NCBI RefSeq assembly: GCF_964355755.1
Contig: NC_092676.1
Span: 22,276,871-22,340,870 of the forward strand
From: Antedon mediterranea
Lineage: Eukaryota; Animalia; Echinodermata
Reading direction: 5' to 3'
Length of the DNA: 64,000 bases
Below are positions 12,301 through 25,069 of the stretch, piece by piece (the first letter of the stretch is position 1; every line of letters begins with the position of its first letter). Both the position numbers and the translations under genes were made by a program. The notes under the pieces are model-generated. The model was not told the DNA's origin, searched no databases, and saw only the letters and a program-made list of their open reading frames with translations.

Positions 12301-13429
12301 TGTTTTTAGGATTGTACCATCACATCACAAAAAACATGTGATTTTAAATATTGATCATTTTGATGCAATGTGTACGCATTGTGGGGACAAATGTAGTGTT
12401 AGCTTTAATACAACAGCATACATACACTATTTTTTTGTGTCTTATATAATTTTCAAGTTGTATTAAATACATACATGGACTTAGATGTTACACTTTTCAA
12501 CTACATGATTCTCCCCTATAAGGCTCATGTCAGTGCAGCCAACTACCGTGCTCTCCCCTCTGTCCACGACAGTGGCTGTGTGTACTAGTACAGCGGGGTA
12601 ACCCCCTACTTGTCTCAACGGATGTACTATGTCTTTTAAGGTGCACACAAGCATTTTTTGTATCCTGAGCCTATGGTTTATAGTCCTTTATTGTCCAAGA
12701 AGATTAGTTCTACCACCAGAACCATGAAGGTGGTGGTTATTATCGTAATAAATATATGGACAACTACATTTACACAATCATCCCCTCCCATTTACACAAT
12801 CATCACCTCCCATTTACACAATCATCCCCTCCCATTTACACAATCATCACCTCCCATTTACACAATCATCACCTCCCATTTACACAATCATCACCTCCCA
12901 TTTACACAATCATCCCCTCCCATTTACACAATCATCCCCTCCCATTTACACAATCATCCCTTCCCATTTACACAATCATCCCCTCCCATTTACACAATCA
13001 TCCCCTCCCATTTACACAATCATCCCCTCCCATTTACACAATCATCCCCTCCCATTTACACAATCATCCCCTCCCATTTACACAATCATCCCCTCCCATT
13101 TACACAATCATCCCCTCCCATTTACACAATCATCCCCTCCCATTTCCTCTGGATAGCTGCTCTTAATTGATTATATTTGTTATTTGTCCGAGAACATAGG
13201 CTGATAAGATAGGGGTCAAATTTAAATCTGATTTTTTTTTTTAATTTCAATTACCTTTCCTTTTATAGATGACCAATCAAAGAAAAGAAAAAGCAAGTGG
13301 GATGTTGGGGCAACAGGGGTTGCTGTTGCAGTGCCAAGGCTAGCATTCCCCGCAACAAGTTCAGTTAATACTAATAAGACTGTTATTTCATCTATTGGGA
13401 CATTAAAGAAACCACGCTTAGACAATTGA
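6398..13429 (+). CDS. SAP30BP: SAP30-binding protein (HCNGP), 7 coding exons: 6398-6518, 8862-9034, 9502-9606, 10204-10283, 11165-11277, 12130-12270, 13269-13429 (~297 aa)
   Basis: Spliced translation gives SLVSYAGDSD...LVSYVGED...EEIQLPPEPTGRCSKHLQ-DKI...KDFRNPSIYEKLISYMGIDELGSNYPDDVYDPHGWTDDSYYESLAKVQK...KVEFVTGT...KRKSKWD...KTVISSIGT, which are HCNGP hallmark motifs. All intron phases are consistent (1,0,0,2,1,1). Confidence 0.93.
6685..6970. mobile_element. Probable MITE remnant with imperfect terminal inverted repeats
   Basis: TACCCTTTTCACATCTGCA at the left end and TGTAGGGGTGAAAAGGGTA at the right end are imperfect inverted repeats. Confidence 0.45.
7260..8136 (-). pseudogene. gag (capsid plus double zinc knuckle) with one in-frame stop; pol absent
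   Basis: ORFs 7780-8136 and 7228-7743 are the same frame, separated by TAA (REKA*KCSF). Contains RQKTDEPISDYVARLR (major-homology-like) and CRNCDRSHEPRKCPAWGDTCRNCGKMNHWKVFC. Confidence 0.88.
8371..8383 (-). promoter_or_regulatory. Primer-binding site complementary to the tRNA-Leu 3' end
   Basis: Plus strand ACCGCTGCCACCA equals the 3' end, including CCA, of metazoan tRNA-Leu(AAG/TAG) as recalled. It abuts the LTR end. Confidence 0.75.
9617..9713. mobile_element. PIF/Harbinger-type MITE (internally deleted), same family as 63505-63651
   Basis: Ends AGCTCTGTCTACACTATCAAACT and AGTTTGATACTGTAGACAAGGCT, with TAA on both flanks. Confidence 0.75.
9915..10175. repeat. ~49-bp intronic minisatellite, ~5 copies
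   Basis: Repeats of GGACAAGTGTGAAAGGTTATTTGCCACTCCGTGACCTTTCTAACAAGATC with variants. Confidence 0.85.
10577..10960. mobile_element. PIF/Harbinger-type MITE with long imperfect TIRs
   Basis: AGGCCTATTTACACAAGGGCG ... CGCCCTAGTGTAAATAGACCT, TAA on both sides. Inverted similarity extends roughly 100 bp inward. Confidence 0.75.
12768..13145. repeat. 22-bp minisatellite, ~17 copies, in the last SAP30BP intron
   Basis: Tandem CATTTACACAATCATC(C/A)CCTCC. Confidence 0.95.
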
Positions 13430-14426
13430 TTACACTAAATAGACATCAACATACAGTAGAACCTCTATCTTGTATATCTTGTATAGATGTATCAGCCATA
13501 GTTTTAAAACATATACAGATGTCCATGCTTTTGTATTACGGGAAGGCGTCTACTTAGTAATAGGGGTGTTCCCTGAATAAGGGTGTCTCAAATTAGGGTT
13601 CTACAAAGTGAAACATATGATACAAGGAAACTTGAATTAGTAAAGCTAAAACCATCTATTGGGAACCAAACACATAAGAAACTGGACTAGAAACTCATGG
13701 TTTTAAAATTATGCATTTATAGGCCTAGTTCATAAATTATAAAAAAATATGTTGTTTGCAATCAAAGAAAAAAGCACTTATGGTTAATTAGGCAGAGTTT
13801 TAAAGGGAACACTTTAAATTATTTTTGTTAAATTCATTCATATTTGGCGAGAACCTTGTACAGTTTTTGAATACTGTAATAGTATCAATTTCGTTTATTA
13901 GGCTACAATGAATTAAAAAATGAAATCAAATTGTGTAACACAGAACAGAAGTCACCATGAAAAACATGAATTTTAAAATTGGTAAAATACAGAATTCGCA
14001 AAAATTCTGCTATAAAAACGAGAGGCATTGTTTTCATTAGGTAGATAATTTAACTTGATTTAATACCATATAATGGTGACTCCATAAAAAGTGAGGAAAA
14101 AAAACTAAAACATTAAAATCTGATGTTGAATAAAAATACCAGAAACGTAAAAGTTATTTAGCCTGTATTTATTTAGTCAACTGATAACATTTTTTACAGC
14201 ACTGTTTATTTTTCATAATTGTTTTTAAATGCTTCTCTATTTACAAAATGCGTGTACCAGAAAACAGGGATTTTACTGTGTAATTTAAACTATCCCCGCA
14301 CTGATAATAAAGTGCTTACTTACAACAAATTGTGTAGTGAAAATAAACTCCCACAATTATGAAACATAGAGTTATAGATCGATTATTGGAATGTAGTATG
14401 AGCCATGTTTTGCCAGCACATCAAAT

Positions 14427-17400
14427 CTAAGTTAATCTGAGTTTACATAATAACAATTCACGTTCTCTTTCAGAGCAATCTCTACACATAGCATTAATTA
14501 TGTCAGCTGATAGATTACAATTGTACATGCTAAGTACATTCAGCTTAGGAGACATAGTGAATAGAGAACGCAGTAAAGTACCATCAATGTCACTTAGATT
14601 ATTATGACTAATATTAAGACGAGATAATCTCAGCTCTACTCCTCTGTCAGAACACTCTTTAATCACATCATTTATTATATCACCTGATAGATTGCAGTCA
14701 TACATGTCAAGTCTATACAGGTTGGGAGACATAATTAAATAACCTAAAGAAGTACCATCAATGTCACTCAGATTATTACTACTAATATTAAGATCAGATA
14801 ATCTCAGCTCTACTCCTCTGTCAGAACACTCTTTAGTCATATCATTTATTATATCACCTGATAGATTGCAGTCATACAAGTTCAGTCCATACAGGTTGGG
14901 AGACATAATTAAATAACCTAAAGAAGTACCATTAATGTCACTCAGATTATTACTACTAATATTAAGATAAGATAAACACCAAGGAAACTTTTTTATCATA
15001 GCATTCATTATATCACCTGATAGAGTACAGTCTTGCATTTCAAGTCTACGCACCGGGTTGAAACGACCTAAAGAAGTACCATTAATGCCACTTAGATTAT
15101 TAAAACTAATATCAAGGCAAACTAATCCCCACTCACCTTCTGTATCGAAACACTTTATAATCATATCATTTATTATATCACCGGATATATCGCAGTCCTG
15201 CATGTTAAGATCATCCAGGTTGGAAGACATAATGAAAAAACCTAAAGAAGTACCATCAATGTCACTTAGATTATTCCAACTAATATTAAGGTTATCTAAT
15301 CTCAACTCACCTTCTGATTCAGAACACTTTATAATCATATCATTTATTATATCACCGGATATATTGCAGTCCTGCATGTTAAGATCATCCAGGTTGGAAG
15401 ACCTAATAAAAGAACCTAAAGAAGTACCATCAATGTCACTTAGATTATTAATACTAATATTAAGGTTATCTAATGTCAACTTATATTTTGTATCAGAACA
15501 CTTTATAATCATATCATTCATTATTTTACCTGAAAGTTTGCAATTAGTCATTGTAAGAGATTCCAAATTAGGAGACATAGTCAATAAGGAACCTAGTAAA
15601 GGGCCATCAACATCACCAAGATCATTAAAAGTGAAGTGATCCATTAACAACTTGCCGCAATGCCGCCTATATTAGAACACTCTTTGATCATATCATTCAA
15701 TACATCAACCTCTATAGAAGAAATTCCCCTGTATACAACTTTATTCCAATTTCCAATACATGCAAGGTGTGCAAGTGTTTTTCCTTTACAATCAGATGAA
15801 ATTGTTGGAAGAAAACTGTATACATCTTTCCTAATACCAGTTTTACTAAGTTGACTTATACATTGTATAAAATGCTCATTAACTTTCTCACATGGTCTAG
15901 TATATTCAATATACATCTTTAATGAATTAGATATGTCATCCATGTGTTTTTCAAAATTTGTGGTGGTCATATGGTTAATTAAGGCTTTCTCCACGGTGTC
16001 TACATGGTCTTGTTTAACGGAATGCCAGCAAAGACCCAATAATCGATATGTTGATATATCATTTGTAATCCAATGCTTTAAGAATTTACCAGCATCAGCA
16101 CAAAGAAATCCAATTGCAAACTTTCTTGTCATTTCGAAATGCTCACTTTCTCGTATTACTTTCCATTCATTTTCATCCAGGGGCATAAGTAATTTATTTT
16201 CATTCATGCCTTCACTTTCACATAGTTTGTATAAATAAAATCCTACCAACGATTCCACTATCAACTTGTGAGGAGGCATATACATCTTTTCAAAACTAGA
16301 TTTTGAAATTGGCATATCTTCATAAACAAATCCAAGTTTCAGGGCTATGGGGTCAACTATATTCATTGAGTTAGCTGTTAAATCTGTTTCGGTAACTGAA
16401 AGTTGATTTTTATTTTTAGGTTATGATACATGCATTTACCTAACCAAATCATAGCGCTCACATATTGCATGGGAGTATCCTTAAATTTAGAAATAGGTTT
16501 GCCTTGTTGTTTTTCGATGAACTGATTCAAAATACTTCGAAATATTTCTTTAAAAAGATCAGACTTATTACTAGGAATACTTTGTTTGTCTAGTCCCACA
16601 TAATACAAATTGAGAGAAGTAACATAGGATTTTTACACAATGAACATACTTCAGGATGTTGCGAAACGGTAAGAGGAACTGTATCAATCGAAAGCTCTTC
16701 TCTCAGAGATAATCCCAGGTCACGGTTTCCACAATACTCAAAATATTTGCCAATGTACTTTCCAATGCTGTCTTTACCAAACCCTTTCACTCTTAAGTGT
16801 ACATCACACGCGTTTATAAATTCATCTATGTTTTCAGTTCGTGACGTAAGTATCACTACACTATTTGTTAATGTTTTATTTCTAAAAAGCCTAATTAAAC
16901 TGTTGTTTTCAAATCTTAATTCATCTAGTCCATCTAACAGTAACACTATTTTATTATCATGGTTCACAATGTATTCTTTTATTAATGTTGGGTCTTGTGG
17001 AAGCTGTGTTTTATACCTAAACTCTTCCATATCGAGTTGCTTTACAATGAGATCTAGGATTCCGTCCCTGTTCTCCAAATCTCTTATACAGAGCATGAAA
17101 ACAATTTTACCTTTAAATACATCAAATGATTCATCTGTAGCAGCATTTAATGCCATGTGCCTCAATAAAGTCGTTTTACCTATACCGCCCTCACCATCTA
17201 TAAGAACTTTACACCCAGGTATGTCTTTTATAATAGGTAATACTTCTCTTAATGTCGTTGGTTTACTATTTCTTTTCTGGTCATTTTCCTTGAGTAGATC
17301 CAACTCTGTGAATAGCTCAGAGAGGTCAAATTTGTATCTCTTATTCAATATTGCCGGTGTAAAGTTCTTGGCATTGCTGCACAAATCCTTCTTTCTCTCA

Positions 17401-19501
17401 AGTAGATATACTTCTATTTTTTCTATAAGATTTTTTAAAAAATCAATAAAACAGTGTGTATGAACAAAAAGTGTGTTTAAATCATAATAACCGTATGTTG
17501 CTTCTTGTGGCTTATACATGACTGTGATTCAAATCAAAAAGTTGATTATACAATAAAAATATACAGTAGAATATTTATTTAAAAATTTAAGAATTTGAAA
17601 GAAATGCACACACATCAAAAAGTAAAGGAATCATTGCTTTAAAAGACTGATTAAAATGTGTTTCAACAAAAGCTGAAGGGTCTAATTGTTTAGTGTAGAT
17701 GCTTCTAAAGTACCTTAAAGCATACATTTTGATTGTCATACTATTTTGAAATTGTCACCAACTGTACCTTCTTTTGTTTGTTCACGAGTTGCCTGAAATC
17801 TAGAGGTAGACGTTCGGGTATTGCTGTCATCGCCATCGTTTAAAGAATTTTCTGAGTACATTTTTCTCATTTGTTTACGAGCTTGAACACTTTCATCGTA
17901 CCCGTCAGAATCAGATCCTGAAGCTATGTTATCTTTTGTACGGACTCGTTTCGAGGTAGATGCTAAGTAAACAGTAATTAAAATATACGTTTTTGAATTA
18001 CTTAATATTAATTAAATTATCAGTATATCTGACAAAACAAAACAAAACTCCGAGAGTGCATACCTCCTCGTAAAGTAACTGTCCTACATAACAAGGCCAA
18101 CATCCAAAGTCACGTGCTAAAACACATAGTGATACTGGACAGACAGACAGACCGACATAGTGAACTATAGAGTCGCGTCCACGCTACTAAAAATGATGGG
18201 CATTGTGAGTGTATGTGAAAATTGCACTAAAACCTTTTGTTTGGTGTAATCGGTATGCATTTAGCTTCCCATGGTTGCGACCCTGATTCAAATTCTGCTT
18301 TGTGACGTGACATTTAACTATGTCACCACAACCCCCCGAAAAAAAGTTTGGTTTTCTTTTTTTAATTATCATTTATCTTTTTATTTTGTTACGTAGTTGA
18401 GTAAGCTTAATCGCACTTTATAACAAGTGAAGTGAGTTTGGTGTAATGGTTATGTATCTACCTTTCCATAATTAAGACCCTGGTTCAATTCCTGTTCAGG
18501 GTAGGCCTATTGTTTTAAATATTATATTTATTTTACTTATTATTTGTAGATTGTTTTGAATTCCAAAATGATTTACCTCCACCAAACTTGAAAATCGATG
18601 TTCTATCTTCATCAACTTCATTATCTAAAAATTAATTATTAGTTTTATTAATGTTTGTCACTCATACATTGTCTATGTTTACTTTTATGCAATACCACAC
18701 CTGAGTAGGCTATAGTACTCTATGCACATTTTCCCTTTACTTTGTTCATAAATTTTTTTTTCCCCTCTCTTCTGCTTGTTCTTTGTTTCAATGAATGAAG
18801 TCTATTTACAATTTGCAGACAGGTCAGTGATTTTACACATACTGTTTACCTACCTCAAAATTTATAATAGATCTCAACTTAAAAAGATTACAGCATTCCA
18901 CTTCAGAGTGAGTAATTTGTGTTTCATGACAGGAAATAATTTTAGTAAAAATATAATTGAAAATACTGTACATACCGGTTTGTAGTTCTTTCTGTGCACT
19001 TTTTCCTAGAAGACTTGTAAACGTCTTTAATTTTTCTGGTAAAATCTTGTCCGTCTCTAATTTGAATATGATATCCCAAAGGTTGCTATAATTAAGATGT
19101 TCTAGTCGATACTTAGCAGTAACCCTCAATAATGCAAGTGGTTCAGCTTGTTTCACAGCCTTAAATAGTTGTTTCCGATATTCTGACAACGTATAATTAG
19201 TAGGCCGGTTTCGTATATTGTTATCTTCTATATACTTAAGTACAAGATCTTCGGCGTCTTTTGGGCCTATTAGTCTGGTTATCTCCAACAGTAAATTTAC
19301 ATCATTTGCTTTGATGACACCAGGTCCACCAGTGCTATCAAGTTTGTTGAATAAAATATGACCTATGGAATTCTCAGTGGTAAGGTCTCCTACTTTCAAG
19401 TAATCAAATAAACAAAACTTTAACAACTTGTAGTTTTCACCCTCATAATGTTTACTGAGTTCAGATTTCAAATCATCAAATTTAATTTCAAGGTCTGACA
19501 T
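14427..19501 (-). pseudogene. NLR-type receptor: tandem death-effector-like domains, linker, NACHT, LRR; three frameshifts in the large last exon. Exons 19501-18976, 18624-18577, 17962-17768, 17422-14427
   Basis: N-terminus has LLKFCLFD...LFNKL...NDVNLLLEI and a second LSEYRKQLF unit (DED-like). NACHT motifs: Walker A GEGGIGKTT, Walker B LLLDGLDE, sensor-1 VILTSR, NPMLL, PHKLIVE. LRRs read LNISxNNLSDIDGTSL / LxMxDCNLSGDIIND. All introns are phase 1. Frame changes at ~16590, ~16410 and ~15655. Confidence 0.87.
18091..18192. mobile_element. Helentron/DINE-1-like non-autonomous fragment
   Basis: AACAAGG start, (GACA)n microsatellite, and a short terminal hairpin AGTCGCGTCCACGCTACT followed by an A run. 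Confidence 0.35.
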
Positions 19502-19711
19502 TTTTCACCAGTATTTTTTTCTGCAATAACAAATGTTTATGATGTAACTGACATGATAATAACATCACCATGCGTTGGTTGTAAAATATAGGTAAAGAAG
19601 ATTATAATATCATAAAGTAGGTCCTATTACTTATTCTAAACAAGTTTATTTAGGAAGAGGGTTTCAGAACACGTAACGGGTATCAGTGGAGAAATAATAA
19701 TAAATAATACG

Positions 19712-20260
19712 TAATCAATCAATTCAAATCAATTTATTTCTATAAAACTAAGGATATGTACAAAAATGTCAACAAGTTTGGAAACAGGAACTCAAAATAA
19801 GCAAAGCTTTTAAGTCGAGACCCCTAACAAATTAATAAGGTATTAAGAAGTTATTTAAATCAATAACAATAACAAACAAGAACAACAAAAAACAAGAATT
19901 AATTACTTTAAAATAATATGATAAATAACGGAAAATAGGTTTAAATTATGGGTGAGTTGACCAATTAACAAATGAAATTTAGTTACACAACTCACAGGCA
20001 AAAAAATGATTACACAGTGGAAGCTTTCTTTATAAGCATTAAAAGAAAAACAAGTTGGAAGACAATTTAAAAATATTAAATCTTTTTAGACATTTTGTCA
20101 AATAAATAATTAGTTATACATTTCTTAAAAGAGTATAAATTTAAAGCATTTTGATAATTATAGGTAAGCAATTCCATAACTTAACTCCGGTATAAATGAT
20201 AGATTTTTGTCCAATATAATGTTCCGGTGTAATGCCCATTATTTATTGAATTTCTTTTCT
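19712..20260 (-). mobile_element. Decayed 3' end of a LINE (CR1/L2-group-like)
   Basis: Minus strand encodes a GVKLWNCLP-like motif near 20160-20190 and ends in AATAAA followed by a TTGA(T)-type tail near 19712-19740. Confidence 0.4.
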
Positions 20261-22253
20261 ATTGTTCTATCGTGACTCTTATTTGCATAGTAGACAGGTG
20301 CTTTCTTTGGCATTACCGTGCACAGTACAGTCAGCAACAAAAGGCAGTGCACATATTTAGGAGAAGTAACTGCTAACTGTGGCAGTTAAATGAAGGAATC
20401 TCAAACTATAATATAGTGAGTAATTAATGATATTTCTATGATATAGTCTAGCTACAGTTTTTAATTATTTGTATTCGAATGAATAATATCATATACTTGA
20501 TAAAGACTATAGAAAAATGTTATAATTAGGCCTACTCAGGCTTAACCGTTGTTTACCCACTTCTGTTTATGATATGATCGATTAATCTTTACTCGTATTT
20601 GAATAACTGGAAGAAATGGGTGTTAACACTCATCTTCACCCTGCAAGAGTAGGCCTACATGTATATGACACGTACTTATATAAGTATACTTAATTGTGTG
20701 ATAAATTAATTAGTAAAGTTTATATTGGTTCTTGCTACCAATCGTTTTCTGATACCTCGTTAGTATAATTATTGTAATATACTTTTATTCATTCATAAAA
20801 ATAAGATACCAATTGATATGATTTAGGTTTTTTAGTATGGTTTCAGTGTTTCCACCGTGGAACAGTTCATTTTATCCCATACTACAGATAGAACTGTTTG
20901 TTTGCAATTTACCTATAATTTCTACACACAGGGTTTCTCATTCAAATACAAATTACACGGCATGCATTGAGTTATTTGCAGATAAAGCGAATAATGATTG
21001 TCTATGATCATTTTAACATTTTATCTTAAAATAAAACTGTGTTTAGTAATGTATGCCCTTTCTAGTTTAACATTTGGTAAAAATTGGGAAAATCAAGTTT
21101 ATTAAGAAAAGGAAAATAATAATTACATAACATTAGGCCTACATAAGAAATCTAGCGACAACAAATGTTATATCAGACGCCTGTTAGCTTTATTAACCCC
21201 ACACGCCAGGCGTAAAAGCTGCCTAACGCTGCCTAGTTCACACACAAAAACAGTCATGTACACGTACGTAGCTCTACCTTAACGCCTACCATAAGAACAA
21301 GTTTCTATGGTTTCTTTGTTTTATTCTTGTTGGAACTGCGTAATATGCACATAAATACTTTAGTACCATAATGGTTTCAGCATAACAAGCATATCAAGTT
21401 TCTCGCGCAATGTACCAAATACAAATATACACTGTACTGTAATACAATTGATCTAGAACTATGATTATTTACTTTAGAACAACAATAATAGGCCTATTGT
21501 TGATATAAAGTTTGCAGTACACCTCGTATTTTTAGTTCTGAAAAGAACTGTTAAGTTTCTCGACGTTTCGATCAATATACCGTACTTTGATCGTTCAAAG
21601 TATAATATCAAGCTCTTTTCAGAACTATATACGTGATGTACCGCAAACTTTATATAAATATTTCGATTTCGCGAACCTTCAAACAACAATAATGTTATGA
21701 AATATTAAGGAACATTTGTTAATATAAAATGTTAAGTAATATATTAATACATAACTTGGTTTGTTAAGCAGAATAATGGGAAGAAATATTATCCTACATG
21801 TAGTAAATTATCAATTTTTTTTGTATGCTCGTCAGAAGAAAATAATTTTTATTTTGAGTAAGCGAATAATTGCATTCACAACATCATTTTGATAAATTCC
21901 AGCCCCGGCGGTGTTCAAACCGCGTTCACTATGAAACCTTATTAAAAATGTTGAGTAAAAAAAAACTCTTCATGCTCAAATGATAAATTTGTTTGTAGTT
22001 TTTATAATTTTGAACTTTATTTTAGAAATATTAATCAATCAATATATAAAGTACGTATTTCCTCTTAAACGTTAAGCCACAATATAGTTGATGACAATAA
22101 GGTGCGGTTGTCAGAATGAATGACGTAGCTTAGTGTTGTGTGCAAAGTTTTGAGTTTAGTAAGTAAACGTAGATGGAAACAATGTAATACATTTTTGTGT
22201 AAATAAACAACTGTTATTTCTGTCCTTTGACCATAATTCCGACCGCCCTGATA

Positions 22254-23919
22254 CAGTGGTGGCGCCAGCGGGGGGGCTACGGGGGCTCTAGCCCCCTCGT
22301 CGGTGAGCCTAGCCCCCCCCCCCCCCCCCCCCCCCCCGTCGGGGAACACGGGTACTTTTTGTCGGGGAATATAATATACAGTAAAAAACGTTCGCGTTCA
22401 CTTCATATAGCTTCAGCGCCTAGAAAACCACGACGTTCCATTGACCGTAAGAGTACGTCAGAGGGCTATTATGCACTTTTATGCATTCATTTATTGCCAG
22501 CGATCTAACTTAGGCTTACTACTAAACATTAGCTAGGTACGCACTTGTCTGGCGGTATCCCTCAGTACGAATCGTTCAACGTTGGGTCGAGACGCGTGAT
22601 ATCAAGTTCCATCCAGGGACCAAAATGTGTAATGTAGTTATTTTCCAGGCGAAGTTTACCGACGGTTACCGAAGGGAACACGGGTACTTTTTGTCGGGGA
22701 ATATAATATACAGTAAAAAGCGTTCGCGTTCACTTCGTAGCTAGCTTAATTCAGCGCCTAGAAAACCGCGACGTTTCATTGACCGTGAGAGTACGTCAGA
22801 GTGATATTATGCACTTTATATGCATTCATTATTGCCAGCGATCTAACTTACTACTAAACAATAGCTAGGCACGCACTTGTCTGGCGGTATCCCTTTGTAC
22901 GAATCGTTCAACGTTGGGTCGAGACGCGTGATATCATGTTCCATCCAGGGACCAAAATGTGTACTGTAGTTATTTTCCAGGCGAAGTTTACTGACGGTTA
23001 CATCGTGTACTGCGTCGACGTACGCTACACTACAGCAAAAACGAATTATGTTAATTGTTCGTATGTTCACCAATTTTTTAAATTTACAAGTAACCTTCTG
23101 TACCGTGGGGCACCTAAAATAAATTTTTCATCCATTACTAAACAAAAAAACATGCCATTTTCGCTTAGCCAACATCTTATTATAGCTAAGTTATTACATT
23201 TTCAATGTCCTGTATGTCATGAATTTCTCACCACTCGGGAGTCCAGATGGTACGCACGCATACACTTGGGAGGAATAAACTTATTTCCCCGACTGAAAAA
23301 GGTCTACGCTTGCGTTTTTTAAGCCTCTAGGCCTGATTTTTCCGAAGTATAAAATGCAATTTTTTGAAGACCTGCAGCTCTAGCTTTAAACAGTTTCTTA
23401 GCTCAGCCCCAACAATAAAGCTGGTCATATTTCGAAGTACAAGAAGTGCATTTTCCGGGACCTAACATCTCTATTTTTCAAACATTTCTTAGCTCAGTCA
23501 CAATCTTGATAGGGACTTATATATTTTGTTTCATGTTTTGAAGTATAATAAGTTCAATTTCCGGGACCTCCAAAACTCTATTTTTCTAAATTTTCTTTGA
23601 ACTTTTATTTTTTAAATTGAAAAATATGGATTGAAACAGTCATCGCGCATCGTTTTTTTGCACGCAGTATTTTATTTATGCATTATAAAAAATGGAAAAA
23701 ATGGCTACCCTAAATCTGATTAAAATGACCTCAAATGACGCTAGAACGCGTTGCTTCCGGGGGCTTTGCCCCCTGGACCCCCACCGGGGGCCCTTGGCTG
23801 GCCCCTGGCCCCCAGCCTAGTGATGCTCGCTTCGCTCGCATAGCCCCCTCGTCGGGGAATGTAGCCCCCGCGTCGGGGAATGTAGCCCCCGCGTCGGGAA
23901 GATCCTGGCGCCACCCCTG
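22254..23919. mobile_element. Non-autonomous hAT DNA transposon (1666 bp)
   Basis: 15-bp TIRs CAGTGGTGGCGCCAG / CTGGCGCCACCCCTG (1 mismatch). 8-bp TSD CCCTGATA at 22246-22253 and 23920-23927. Subterminal TAGCCCCC(T/G)CGTCGG repeats. Internal ~330-bp tandem duplication (~22342-22670 and ~22674-23000). No transposase ORF. Confidence 0.9.
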
Positions 23920-25069
23920 CCCTGATAACATTCATTAGCACGCAACCACCTAATAGTAATAAACAATCAGCGATGCAAAGCCACTCGACATTACGTTATA
24001 TTTACCCACAATTCCTTTCGAATGTATCGCATACGTGATGACTATCTCGATTCGAAGAATTCGACGCGAAGATGATTATTGTTCACTATAAAATCTCTAT
24101 GGTTTGAGCAGGGAGATGTAATTGAGTCTCGCTTTCGGATGAATTTTCACTCTTTATCATAACATTGTCACATGAGTTGTTTAAGTGTTCCCTTTCTTTT
24201 TGATATTAATATTCCGGACTCATCTCTTAACAACCTTCAGAAAACAACCGTTTAGCAGAAGCTACTAACCTTATAATCTTGAAGATTGTGCAGAATATCA
24301 CAAAGTGCAGTTTCTCGTATAGGCGATCAGGGAAGAGTGAGATAAATCTCACCCTTCCCCTGGTTTGGTGATTGCGTGGTCTAACAACAGTATACGTATA
24401 TGGCATCAATGATTCCAATATCTCAAATGATTCCAATCCCTCGATACTGAAATATAAATACAACCATTGTGCGATTTTAATAATAGAGAGTCGATCAACC
24501 AATGAAACGACAACATAAACAACAATAACAAGATTTTAAAATAGAAAAATATAATAGTCAAATTCAATGGCGTCTAACAGATATAATAGACAAAACCGAG
24601 ACCTGCATGTATACGGGGTCATGTAATATTGTTTATTAAAATCAGATGTGAAGAAGTATATCTAGTTTAAATGTAATACCCTATTTATTATTCTACTTAT
24701 AATCATCCAATGTGAAACTGAATGAAATTTAAAACTAATGGATAAACTGTAGACTACCCAGTAACAAGTATGAACTGTCTGATAAAATACAAATAACAAA
24801 TCACACACTCGGTTTTATTAGTTTGACAAATAAAGTGTTGTTATGTGCCCAAATATGGTGATGATATGCTCAAATATGGTAGCGATATGACATCACCATG
24901 TCCATATATGGGCAAATCACATTTTTTGTCACATAAAGTTTGATAGTGTGGAGCTTAATACTAGATATTACCAATACCCAGTTATATAACAGCAATCTTT
25001 GATTTTATAATTTTGTTTAAAATGTTATTTTTTTTTTATATTATATTATAGTTATTTTTTTCATTTTGT

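Noticed and set aside
12658-13170. Two repetitive ORFs (FTQSSPPIYTIIPSHLHNHPLP)n
   Set aside because: A 22-bp stop-free intronic minisatellite read in rotating frames.
15058-17463. Plus-strand ORFs of 193 and 238 aa
   Set aside because: Antisense shadows of the NLR coding strand with no recognisable motifs.
17423-17519. Start of the 309-aa NACHT ORF at Met 17519
   Set aside because: This stretch looks intronic. A phase-1 acceptor at 17423/17422 joins the upstream linker exon.
18430-18505. tRNA-like sequence GGTGTAATGGTTA...GGTTCAATTCC
   Set aside because: A- and B-box-like words are present but no pairing cloverleaf; at most a decayed tRNA-derived SINE.
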